Shown here piece after piece: positions 15,713 to 24,746 of a DNA stretch of 64,000 bases. This DNA comes from Candidatus Micrarchaeia archaeon (GTDB lineage Archaea > Micrarchaeota > Micrarchaeia > Anstonellales > Anstonellaceae): positions 662 through 64,661 of the forward strand of contig JBAYMR010000008.1 of NCBI GenBank assembly GCA_041663445.1, written 5' to 3'. Both the position numbers and the translations under genes were made by a program. The notes beneath the pieces were generated by a model. That model was not told the origin of the DNA, ran no database searches, and saw only the letters and a program-made list of their open reading frames with translations. How positions within the stretch are numbered: the stretch's first letter is position 1; each line of letters starts with the position of its first letter.

Positions 15713-16531
15713 TCAGTGCAGCCTTAACAGCATTGCAATAAGATTTCCTTTCACCAATCTCCAGTCTGATGGGCGCAGCGCCACTGGGATGAATGGGTTG
15801 GTCAGGCTTTGCAGCTTTTTTGCGTCAGCCTTTTCCACGGCAGCAATCGCCTTTTCCAAAAATTCATCCGGCGTCATTTCCTTGCCTTCGGATTCCAGCA
15901 TGTGCGCGATGGGCTGGCGCATCCTGCCGCAAAGTGGCAGCGCGGCATGGCAGTCATAAACGTCCTTTCCCTCGCACCTGTCTGCAAGCGCGCAAAGCTT
16001 CCGGGAAGTCAAGTCCTCAAGGGAATAAATCAGGAAACCCGTCACAGAGCGCTGCGAGAACAGCGAAGTTGCGGTGCCAATCGATGGCTTGGCGCTGGAA
16101 ATGATTTTTTTCGTTGAAATGTCAATCCTCACATTGTCCATGCCGCCAAGGGGCGTTTTGTAGCGGCAACAGAATTGCAGCGTTTTCCTCACCTTTCTTG
16201 CAGGCTCAACTGAATAGCCCTCAAGCGAGGATGCAATCTCCCCGCAGCGCGTGTTTATTTCAGCCAAATCCGCGCCCATGTCAAAATCCAGGTCCTCTGA
16301 GAACCTCTGCACCCCTCCTAAGTACACCTTGCTCAGCGCAGTGCCTCCCTTGAATATCATATCCTTCCTGAATTCCTCGCGCGAGCAAAGCTGCGCCAGC
16401 ACGTCCATCACGTAGAATTCCTTCACCACGAACTGCAGCGGCAGCCCATGCTGCACCGCAAGCGCGCGGCAGGCATCAATGTTTGGCGAAATCACGGATA
16501 TCCCTCCTGTTTGGCGCAAGCTTTTTTGCAT
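15713..16531 (-). CDS. AbiEii/AbiGii-family nucleotidyltransferase toxin (type IV TA / abortive infection)
   Basis: Signature MIFKGGTALSKVYLGGVQRFSEDLDFDM near the N-terminus. Lies directly downstream of, and overlapping, an AbiEi-like gene. The start is uncertain: the longest ORF reaches 16555; ATG at 16531 or GTG at 16495 are alternatives. Confidence 0.85.
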   Translation of the reverse strand: MQKSLRQTGGISVISPNIDACRALAVQHGLPLQFVVKEFYVMDVLAQLCSREEFRKDMIFKGGTALSKVYLGGVQRFSEDLDFDMGADLAEINTRCGEIASSLEGYSVEPARKVRKTLQFCCRYKTPLGGMDNVRIDISTKKIISSAKPSIGTATSLFSQRSVTGFLIYSLEDLTSRKLCALADRCEGKDVYDCHAALPLCGRMRQPIAHMLESEGKEMTPDEFLEKAIAAVEKADAKKLQSLTNPFIPVALRPSDWRLVKGNLIAMLLRLH

Positions 16532-17135
16532 AGCCTGCGAATTCCTTTTTCTCATCAGGCGAAAGCGCGCGCCACGCTTCCTCCAGCTTTTCTCTCTCCA
16601 CTGAATATCGCGGCAGGTACAAGCAGTCGAACAGCGTCTTTGCCCTAGTGGAAACTACATACGCGCCCTTTCGCTCAAAGTCAACTGCCCGCTTTCCAAG
16701 TGCAACCGCCCGAAACTCAAACTGCCCGAATCTTTTTGTTTCCGAAGTCGAAGCGGTGGCAACAATGATGGTGAATGGCATCTCAGAAACCATGCCGTGC
16801 AGGTAAAGCGCCGATGAAAACGCGAGGTAGCCATTGTAGGTTGCCTGCGCGCACGCGAATGCATCCTTCATCGGGCTGGCTGAATAGGTGCCGCGCTTGA
16901 GCCGCACAATCCTGCCCGTCTTGTTCAGGCGCGAAAGCGCAACTTTCAGCGAATCGCGCCCGCACAGGCGAAGGCTTCCCAGCATTTCCAGCGTTGCAAT
17001 CCCGTTGGGGGAAGCCTCAATGGCAGAAACCACGCGCGAAACAGCCTTTTCAGAGAACATGCTATAATAAACAATTTGTTTATTATAAGGCTTTTGGTCA
17101 AAAATGGGAAAATCGTGCAACATCGTCCGAGCCAC
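16476..17135 (-). CDS. AbiEi-family antitoxin / transcriptional regulator
   Basis: 219 aa. N-terminal wHTH-like segment ending ...LSRLNKTGRIVRLKRGTYS, as in AbiEi/COG5340 proteins. Paired with AbiEii. Confidence 0.75.
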   Translation of the reverse strand: MARTMLHDFPIFDQKPYNKQIVYYSMFSEKAVSRVVSAIEASPNGIATLEMLGSLRLCGRDSLKVALSRLNKTGRIVRLKRGTYSASPMKDAFACAQATYNGYLAFSSALYLHGMVSEMPFTIIVATASTSETKRFGQFEFRAVALGKRAVDFERKGAYVVSTRAKTLFDCLYLPRYSVEREKLEEAWRALSPDEKKEFAGYAKKLAPNRRDIRDFAKH

Positions 17136-17181
17136 GAGTCAGTATCGTCTTATTTATTAATTTTGCCGCGCGAACCCCATC

Positions 17182-19086
17182 ATGGCAAAAGTAACTCTTC
17201 CCGACGGAAAAATGCTCGATGTGCCCGCAGGCTCAACGGCAGCGGACGCAATCGGCAAGATTGGCAAGCGCCTCCTCGCGGCGACATACGCGGCGTCAAT
17301 CAATGGGAAGCAGGTTGACCTCTCTTACAAGCTGCCTGACGAGTGCACGCTCAAGGCATTCACCTACGCCTCGCCCGAAGGCAAGGAAGTATTCCTCCAT
17401 TCGGCGGCGCATTTGCTTGCAATGGCGGTGAACCGCCTTTACCCTGATGTTCTTCCGACAATCGGCCCGGTTGTGGAAGAGGGCTTTTACTACGACTTTG
17501 CCAACGCGCCCGCATTCACTCCCGGCGACTTGGAAAAAATAGAGGCAGAGATGGCGAAAATCGTTGCTGAAAACCTCCCCTTCAGGCGCGTGGAAGTGGG
17601 CAAGCAGGACGCGCTTGGGCTCTTTGCCGGCAACAAGTTCAAGCTCGAAATGGCGAACGACATCGCGGACGGCGAGCACTCCGTCTATTACACCGGCGAC
17701 AAGTGGTTCGACCTGTGCAGGGGCCCGCACGTCCCGGCGACAGGCGCGATTGCGGCATTCAAGCTCACAAAAGTCTCCTCCGCCTACTGGCGCGCGGACG
17801 CAACGAAGGACAACCTCCAGAGGATTTACGGAATCGCATTCCCTGAAAAGAAGCAGCTCGACGCCTACCTGTCGCTGCAGGAGGAGGCGGAAAAGCGCGA
17901 CCACAGGAAGCTCGGGCGCGAACTCGGGCTTTTCACGTTCCATGAATGGTCCCCGGGCAGCCCGTTCTTCCTTCCCAAGGGCACAATCATGGTGAACGAA
18001 ATACTCGCCTACCTCCGCGAGCAGTACATCAGGCGCGGCTACCAGGAAGTGGTGACGCCGCAGCTTTACAACAAGGCGCTCTGGGAGCAGTCGGGCCACT
18101 GGGGCTATTACCAGGAAAACATGTTCATCCTGAAGGTGGACGATGCCGAATACGCGCTCAAGCCGATGAACTGCCCGTCCCACATGCTCATCTACAACAT
18201 GTCATCGCACTCATACCGCGACCTTCCGCTTCGAATCGCGGACTTCTGCATGCTCCACAGGAACGAGGTGAGGGGCGCGCTTGGCGGGATGACCCGCGTG
18301 CGCAAGTTCTCGCAGGACGACGCGCACATCTTCCTTGCGCCCGAGCAGATTGGCGACGAAATAGACAGGCTGATAGACTTCACGAAATTCATCTTCATCA
18401 GCACCTTCAAGTTCGAATTCACCGCCAAGCTTTCCACCATGCCTGAAAAGCACATGGGCGAGCTGGCGCAGTGGGGCGCGGCGGAAAAATCGCTCGAGGA
18501 CGCGCTCAAGCGCAACGGGATAAAATACATCATAAATGCCGGCGACGGCGCATTCTACGGCCCCAAGATTGACTTTGACGTGAAAGACGCGCTCGGGCGC
18601 GGCTGGCAGCTTGCCACCATCCAGGTGGACTTCCAGATGCCCGCGCGCTTCCACTGCGAGTACGAGGGCGCTGACGGGCAGAGGCACACCTGCGTGGTGC
18701 TGCACCGCGCGCTCATCGGCAGCGTGGAGCGCTTCATGGGAATAATCACCGAGCATTATGCCGGCAAGTTCCCGGTCTGGCTCTCGCCGGTGCAGGTCTC
18801 GCTCCTTTCGGTCTCCGACCCCTACAACGAGTTCGTTGAATCGCTTGCCGCGCGCATGCGCGAGGGCGGCATCCGTGCAGAGGCGAACTGCAGGCAGGAG
18901 ACAATCGGCGCAAAGATACGCAGCGCGCAGCTTGAGAAAATCCCATACATGCTGGTTGTCGGACAGAAGGAGAAGGACAGCGGAAAGCTCGCCATCCGCA
19001 CGCGCGATGGGAAAGTGGAAGAGAACGTCTCAATAGACGACTTCATCGCGCGCGTGATGAAAGAGATAAATGAGCGCGCGTGCTGA
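17182..19086 (+). CDS. thrS: Threonyl-tRNA synthetase
   Basis: 634 aa. N-terminal TGS-like MAKVTLPDGKMLDV, a second additional domain, class II core (KPMNCPSHMLIY, RVRKFSQDDAHIF), and an anticodon-binding C-terminus. Confidence 0.95.
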   Translation: MAKVTLPDGKMLDVPAGSTAADAIGKIGKRLLAATYAASINGKQVDLSYKLPDECTLKAFTYASPEGKEVFLHSAAHLLAMAVNRLYPDVLPTIGPVVEEGFYYDFANAPAFTPGDLEKIEAEMAKIVAENLPFRRVEVGKQDALGLFAGNKFKLEMANDIADGEHSVYYTGDKWFDLCRGPHVPATGAIAAFKLTKVSSAYWRADATKDNLQRIYGIAFPEKKQLDAYLSLQEEAEKRDHRKLGRELGLFTFHEWSPGSPFFLPKGTIMVNEILAYLREQYIRRGYQEVVTPQLYNKALWEQSGHWGYYQENMFILKVDDAEYALKPMNCPSHMLIYNMSSHSYRDLPLRIADFCMLHRNEVRGALGGMTRVRKFSQDDAHIFLAPEQIGDEIDRLIDFTKFIFISTFKFEFTAKLSTMPEKHMGELAQWGAAEKSLEDALKRNGIKYIINAGDGAFYGPKIDFDVKDALGRGWQLATIQVDFQMPARFHCEYEGADGQRHTCVVLHRALIGSVERFMGIITEHYAGKFPVWLSPVQVSLLSVSDPYNEFVESLAARMREGGIRAEANCRQETIGAKIRSAQLEKIPYMLVVGQKEKDSGKLAIRTRDGKVEENVSIDDFIARVMKEINERAC

Positions 19087-19629
19087 TTACAGCTCAATAT
19101 ACATTGGCACTGTTTCCATTTTTGAAGGGTCTGCAATGAATGTCCTGAAACCTTTGTGCATGTACCATTCAATCTTGTCAGTGTAAACATGTGCCATAAG
19201 ATAGGCACAACCGATTTCATTTTGCATCTGCAGGGCTTTGCTTGCAGCATATGCAAGAAGAAGCGATGCCCCTCCTCGGGTTTCCTCTCGCTTGTCTGTT
19301 GCCAGCTTGCCAATAAGAAGCGCCGGGAAATTCCTCGGAAACTCTTTTGGATATTCCTTTAGCCGCTTTCCCCTGAATTCAAATTCATCGCCTTCAGGTA
19401 TTTTCAGTGCGCCCATAGAAAGTGTGATGTAAGAGATAAGCCGGTTCCCTTCCTTGCTGAAAAGGAGATATGTCGCGCCAAGGTTGAGATTTTGGTATCC
19501 AAGGGCGTCTTTTGCCAGGAAGTCATTCAACTCCTCTTTGTCAGATTCAAAAGCAGAGACAGCTGTGCAATGGGGATTGCCCAGTAGTGATATGTAACAA
19601 TCCGAATCGCCATACCTTGCGCCCGGCAT
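19087..19629 (-). CDS. GNAT-fold acetyltransferase of the toxin type (TacT/KacT/AtaT-like)
   Basis: 180 aa. The N-terminal pattern F-ESDKEELNDFLAKDAL...GATYLLFS..LISYITLSMGAL and the core LIGKLATDKREETRGGASLLLAYAASKAL match my memory of GNAT toxins (F.CG...L..FL...A; LL.RLAVD...QG.GLG..LL). Its stop codon abuts the thrS stop codon. Confidence 0.7.
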   Translation of the reverse strand: MPGARYGDSDCYISLLGNPHCTAVSAFESDKEELNDFLAKDALGYQNLNLGATYLLFSKEGNRLISYITLSMGALKIPEGDEFEFRGKRLKEYPKEFPRNFPALLIGKLATDKREETRGGASLLLAYAASKALQMQNEIGCAYLMAHVYTDKIEWYMHKGFRTFIADPSKMETVPMYIEL

Positions 19630-19638
19630 GGTTCCACC

Positions 19639-19782
19639 TTACCGTAGCTGAAGGTTAATCCTTCTTGCCTCGGCAAAAAGCCTGTCTTTTGCCGGATTGG
19701 GTTTTGGGCTGAGGATGTCATCAAGGAAGCGCTGGGCTTCCTCCTTGCTCATCTCAATGACTGTTTGTATTGGCTTTGCCAT
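19639..19782 (-). CDS. Untracked 47-aa ORF (MAKPIQTVIEMSKEEAQRFLDDILSPKPNPAKDRLFAEARRINLQLR), candidate antitoxin partner of the GNAT toxin
   Basis: Translated by hand; it falls below the ORF-track size cutoff. It ends 9 nt before the GNAT start. GGAGAGG lies 3 nt upstream of the ATG, and a TATA-like CTTTATATAG (rc of 19814-19823) lies about 35 nt upstream. Confidence 0.5.
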   Translation of the reverse strand: MAKPIQTVIEMSKEEAQRFLDDILSPKPNPAKDRLFAEARRINLQLR

Positions 19783-19878
19783 TTTCCTCTCCGTTAATTT
19801 CTTCGCGCCCCATCTATATAAAGAATCGCGTACGGTTTTATAAACTACAAAAAAGGGATAAAAGAAAGAGCATGCTGA

Positions 19879-20727
19879 TTACATCTCGCTTGCCCCGTAA
19901 TCCTCATCAAAAACTGCGCCTGATTTTTTCTTCTTAGCCTTTGCCTGCTGCTTTTCAGATGCGCCTTCTGTTTCCAGCTGCTTGCTTCTCTTCCAGAATT
20001 CCTCAAAATACGCCTTGAACGAGTCCGCAATCTCCTGATTTGTTATCTCGACGGTAATAGGCACTTTTGCCTGCAAGCCGATAACTGCAACATCCTTGTA
20101 GCCCATGAACCATGCCGGCGTGTCTATGCTGTTCGGCATGTACCTTGCGTCGCAAAGCGCGTGCCTGTTCCTGCTTCGGAGCACGCTTATGTCGGTATCC
20201 GGGTGGAAAAGCATCCTTGCCTTTATGCCCAGCTTCGCGCGCCTTGCATGGTCCTGAAGCCAATATGCATGGAAATGCGCCTCCTGCTGCGCTGGCACGC
20301 CCATGTAATAGTACCCTTCCCCGCGCGAGAGCTTCTGGTATGTGCGCTCATGCGCGGTTATCATGCCTTTGAAGCCCATGTACACCTTTGCTTCGCTCTC
20401 CTTCGCAGAGCATTGCAAGCCGTACAATTTCGGCAAAAGTTCGTCCATTTTCAGCCGGTTTTCCCGGAATTTCCTTTCTTCCTCTTCAAGGTATTCCCTT
20501 ATCCTGGAAGGCTCGGCTGCCTGGAAATATCTTGTCTTTTCCTTAGTGATGTGCGACACCAGCCCTTTTTGCGAAAGCCGGTCCAGGAGATGGTAGATTA
20601 TTGACCTTGAAACGCCTGACTTTTCCACAATGGGGCCGGATGTGGAAGGCCCAAGCTCCAAAAGCGCGAGATAGACCTTGCTTTCGCCCTCGGTAAGCCC
20701 CGCCTGCCTCAGCATCCCGGTGTCCAT
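19879..20727 (-). CDS. TrmB-family transcriptional regulator
   Basis: MDTGMLRQAGLTEGESKVYLALLELGPSTSGPIVEKSGVSRSIIYHLLDRLSQKGLVSHI is a TrmB-type wHTH. The 101 codons upstream in the track ORF (to 21030) look non-coding and overlap the divergent promoter region. Confidence 0.85.
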   Translation of the reverse strand: MDTGMLRQAGLTEGESKVYLALLELGPSTSGPIVEKSGVSRSIIYHLLDRLSQKGLVSHITKEKTRYFQAAEPSRIREYLEEEERKFRENRLKMDELLPKLYGLQCSAKESEAKVYMGFKGMITAHERTYQKLSRGEGYYYMGVPAQQEAHFHAYWLQDHARRAKLGIKARMLFHPDTDISVLRSRNRHALCDARYMPNSIDTPAWFMGYKDVAVIGLQAKVPITVEITNQEIADSFKAYFEEFWKRSKQLETEGASEKQQAKAKKKKSGAVFDEDYGASEM

Positions 20728-20848
20728 GCGCTCATTTGCGCGCTTCCCATATATAATGCTTACTATTAGCACACCACCCCTGGTATGCAAGTCTATATAT
20801 ACTCCATAACCACAAACAACAACACAGAACAACAAATGAGGTGGGACT

Positions 20849-21562
20849 ATGATTATGAAGAATGGAACGGCAACCGGAATGAACAGGCATGCCCGCGCAG
20901 CAGTACGCTTCGCAGGTGCCGCCCTCCTGGCGGGTACGCTGATGCTTTCTTCGAAGCCGCTTCTGGCGCAGGCTGATACTTCGGCAACCGGCAAGACGCA
21001 AAAGAAGATAGCGCTTATGTTCCAGCCCAAGGCAATCGCGCGAGTTTACGGAGCAGCGCAAAAGCCAGCATTTGGCGCGGGCTTGGAGGCGTCAGCTGAT
21101 TTTGGCAAGGCAAGCGCAGGCGCCAGCGGCTCGCTTGTGCTGGAGGGCAATAAACCTATTGTGGAAGAGACGCAGCTCTGGGTCGGCGTGCCAATCGGCA
21201 AGACATTTGCCATCTGTTACGCATACACTGACAAGTTCTACAATGTCGACGTGAAAGACCCAGCCTTTGGCATGCTTCTCAAACACGGCATCGTGAAGGC
21301 AGGGGTGGAGATGGGCAAGGACTTCACTTGCCAGTACCTCAAGGTGGCGCTGCCCGGGAATGTCACGCTTGGAGGCGTGTTGCTGGAGTGGGGTGGCAAG
21401 ACGGGCTACTTCGCCCCGATAGGGGGCGTGCAGCGCGCAGGGGCGAGCCTGGGCATTGACGCAAAACTTCTGGGCAAGCCCCTCAAGGTCGAGGTGCAGT
21501 ACACCCAGCCGACTGGCGTGGGAAAGAACGGGCTGCAGCTAAGGCTGGTGCTGACGCCTTAA
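20849..21562 (+). CDS. Hypothetical secreted protein with a beta-strand-like periodicity
   Basis: N-terminal RHARAAVRFAGAALLAGTLMLSSKPLLAQA looks like a signal peptide. The remainder has alternating hydrophobic patterns (KIALMFQP, SLVLEG, QLWVGVPIG, FAICYAYT, LKVEVQYT, LQLRLVLTP). I recognise no family. Confidence 0.55.
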   Translation: MIMKNGTATGMNRHARAAVRFAGAALLAGTLMLSSKPLLAQADTSATGKTQKKIALMFQPKAIARVYGAAQKPAFGAGLEASADFGKASAGASGSLVLEGNKPIVEETQLWVGVPIGKTFAICYAYTDKFYNVDVKDPAFGMLLKHGIVKAGVEMGKDFTCQYLKVALPGNVTLGGVLLEWGGKTGYFAPIGGVQRAGASLGIDAKLLGKPLKVEVQYTQPTGVGKNGLQLRLVLTP

Positions 21563-21592
21563 AAAGACGAAAAAAATAAAAAAAGATAAAAT

Positions 21593-21616
21593 GGGGCGCG
21601 CACCGCCCCTTCTTTT
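21593..21616. terminator. Bidirectional terminator-like hairpin between convergent genes
   Basis: GGGGCG-CGCAC-CGCCCC followed by TTCTTTT on the + strand. It is preceded by a long A-rich run (21561-21591), which reads as a T-run for argG on the - strand. Confidence 0.5.
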
Positions 21617-21619
21617 GCC

Positions 21620-22867
<1,248 letters not shown>

Positions 22868-23005
22868 TTTACTACCTCCTTGCCACTAAAAGCGTTGGCA
22901 TTCCTCACCGTTGCAGCATTAAAAAAGCCTATGTTACATTTGGGACAAAACGTCTCGGAAACTAGGCAATTGCTTCCGCCTTCGTCTTTGGCTTGCGCGC
23001 CGAAG

Positions 23006-23692
23006 TCAGGCAGAAGCTATCGCTTCCGCCATCTGCGTGAGCAGATTCTTCGGGTCTTTCGCCTTCACGTACGCGCTCGCAAGCAGCACGCCTTTCGCGC
23101 CAAGCTCCACTGCCTTTTTCACGTCCGATGCGCTTGAAACGCCTGCGCCGCAAAGCACCGGCGTGCCATTCACCTTTGCAACAGCCTCCACTGTCCCGCT
23201 CACCACTTCGGGCTTTGCGGTGGAAACCGAGATGCCGCTGCCGATAAGCTCCGGCGGCTCCACGGCTATGTAAGTGGGCCCGTATTTTGCCAGGCGCGCG
23301 CTTTCCTCCGCGTCCTTCGTGCAAAGCATGCTCTCCAGCCCGGCTCCCTTCAGGCGCTCAATCGTTTTCGCAATCAGTTCCTCGGGCAGCCTGTGCTCGG
23401 AGTGGTTGACAAGCGACCCCTTGCAGCCTGCTGCCTTTATTGCCTCGACGGTGAGCGTGCCCGTGAACGCGCCCTGCTCATTCGCATCTACATGCTGCGC
23501 GAAAACGTCCGTGCACGTCTGGCATGCCTCGCGTAAGTCCACCGATTGCGGCGCAACGATGATTCTCACGCCGGTAAGAAGCGACACTTCCACGGCATGC
23601 CTGCAAAGCTCGGCGCCTTTCTCGCCCAGCGACTCTGGGTAAGCCTTCAAATTCAGGGCAATTATCGGTTTCATGCTCATCACCAATGACAT
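23006..23692 (-). CDS. tpiA: Triosephosphate isomerase, short archaeal type
   Basis: About 225 aa. KPIIALNLKAY...NHSEHR...EPPELIGSG...CGAGV pattern. The start is probably at MSMKPII or MKPII. Confidence 0.9.
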   Translation of the reverse strand: MSLVMSMKPIIALNLKAYPESLGEKGAELCRHAVEVSLLTGVRIIVAPQSVDLREACQTCTDVFAQHVDANEQGAFTGTLTVEAIKAAGCKGSLVNHSEHRLPEELIAKTIERLKGAGLESMLCTKDAEESARLAKYGPTYIAVEPPELIGSGISVSTAKPEVVSGTVEAVAKVNGTPVLCGAGVSSASDVKKAVELGAKGVLLASAYVKAKDPKNLLTQMAEAIASA

Positions 23693-23803
23693 GCCGAAAT
23701 AACCTTATTAAACAATTGCCGTCTAACTGACGTTGAGGCGCCCTCCGGGCTCCAATGACCTGAAACAAGATTTGCAGATGCCGCTTTGCGGCAATCTGAA
23801 CAC

Positions 23804-23913
23804 GCCGACGTGGCAGAATCCGGTATCGCGCTAGACTCGAGATCTGATGCGGGGTTTTCCACAAGAAATCTAGTGCCCCTCGGGGCTTAGGAGTTCAAAT
23901 CTCCTCGTCGGCG
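23804..23913 (+). tRNA. tRNA-Ser (anticodon CGA) with a 26-nt intron at the canonical 37/38 position
   Basis: Acceptor GCCGACG/CGTCGGC is perfect, with discriminator G. Anticodon stem CTAGA/TCTAG forms only after removing 23842-23867. Loop CT-CGA-GA, anticodon at 23838-23840. Long variable arm TGCCCCTCGGGGCT. T arm AGGAG-TTCAAAT-CTCCT. A T6 run follows. The D stem is imperfect in my fold. Confidence 0.85.
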
Positions 23914-24170
23914 TTTTTTGCTTCCAAAAAAGCCTCCTCGGATTTTGAGCCTCCGGCTCAAAATCTCGCCGGCTTCGCCGTCGATTTCCTCGTCGGTGTT
24001 CATTTTCATTCGCGCCTCCTCAGTTTTGGCGCTTTCGCGCCAAAATCCGTCGTTGTGCTGTGGCACAACTTCGTCTCCTCGTCGGCGTTTTTTGCTTCCA
24101 AAAAAGCCTCCTCGGATTTTGAGCCTCCGGCTCAAAATCTCGCCGGCTTCGCCGTCGATTTCCTCGTCGG
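23900..24170 (+). repeat. Tandem hairpin units bounded by copies of the tRNA-Ser 3' end. 23900-23996 is repeated at 24074-24170.
   Basis: 97/97 identity by my reading. CCTCGTCGG occurs at 23903, 23988, 24077 and 24162. Perfect hairpins at 23914-23931, 23941-23965, 24024-24045 and 24053-24068, plus their copies. Confidence 0.9.
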
Positions 24171-24211
24171 CATTTTTTATTGTATTGGAAATTCTATAAA
24201 TTTCCAATAGC

Positions 24212-24239
24212 AGACAAAATCTGTCCGCAGATTTTGTCT
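24212..24239. repeat. 28-nt perfect hairpin/palindrome AGACAAAATCTG-TCCG-CAGATTTTGTCT, with a paralog at 36725-36752
   Basis: 12-bp stem. The second copy, GGACAAAGTCTG-TCCG-CAGACTTTGTCC, differs at 4 positions that form two compensatory pairs. Confidence 0.85.
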
Positions 24240-24325
24240 TTTCCAAAAATGGCGACCATTTTTCCAGCGGGAAAAATAGGGCGGCGTTTTTTATTATTCC
24301 CTTTCAATACTCCATTGGTGGTTTC

Positions 24326-24739
24326 ATGCAATCCCGCAAGGAAAAAACAGGATACTGGCTCATGCTCGGAAAAGGCGACGACGTGGTCCCCTCCATTTCC
24401 GAATGGGCGCGCAAGAACCGGATTAAGGGCGCGCAGGTGTGGGGCGTGGGCGCGGTAACCGATGCCAAGCTCGCTTGCTACTACCCGCGCTCGAAAAAAT
24501 GGAAAACCATGCCATTTTCAAGTGAAAGCTACGAGCTCCTCTCTTTCATGGGCAACATAAACGAGGACGGGCTCCACGCGCACGTCTGCATATCCGATTC
24601 CGGCTTCAGGGTATTCGGCGGGCACTTGATAAGCGCAAAAATATCCGTCTTCGGCGAATTTTTCATCCTGCCGACCTCCAAGCTTGGGAAAAAATCAGTG
24701 CCAAGCGTCGGGCTAAGAGGCATCAGCCTGGAAAAGTAG
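24326..24739 (+). CDS. PPC/DUF296-domain protein (PD1-like predicted DNA-binding protein)
   Basis: GYWLMLGKGDDVVPSISEWARKNRIKGAQVWGVGAV..YELLSFMGNI...LHAHVCISDSGFRVFGGHL...GEFFI follows the DUF296 pattern I remember. Confidence 0.75.
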   Translation: MQSRKEKTGYWLMLGKGDDVVPSISEWARKNRIKGAQVWGVGAVTDAKLACYYPRSKKWKTMPFSSESYELLSFMGNINEDGLHAHVCISDSGFRVFGGHLISAKISVFGEFFILPTSKLGKKSVPSVGLRGISLEK

Positions 24740-24746
24740 CGCGCGC

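Noticed and set aside
20728-21030. The N-terminal 101 codons of the track ORF 19879-21030.
   Set aside because: The TrmB wHTH begins right after the internal Met at 20727. The upstream part crosses the divergent promoter and overlaps the start of the neighbouring gene.
23900-24172. A possible CRISPR array or minisatellite.
   Set aside because: There are only four short (9-14 nt) conserved cores. The intervening 75-nt segments are themselves repeated and hairpin-built, not unique spacers. No cas genes are present in the window.
23887-24246. A 119-aa minus-strand ORF and a 93-aa plus-strand ORF (23918-24199) with striking internal peptide repeats (..DEEIDGEAGEILSRRLKIRGGFFGSKKRRRGD.. twice).
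   Set aside because: The peptide repeat simply mirrors the 97-bp DNA duplication. The minus-strand ORF overlaps the tRNA-Ser 3' end. Both ORFs run through stacked perfect hairpins and T/A runs and have no start context. I treat the region as non-coding.
23804-24325. An integrated virus or plasmid at the tRNA-Ser gene, with attL/attR.
   Set aside because: The tRNA-end copies are only 85-89 nt apart, and no integrase or other element gene lies between or beside them. The next ORF is an ordinary DUF296 protein.
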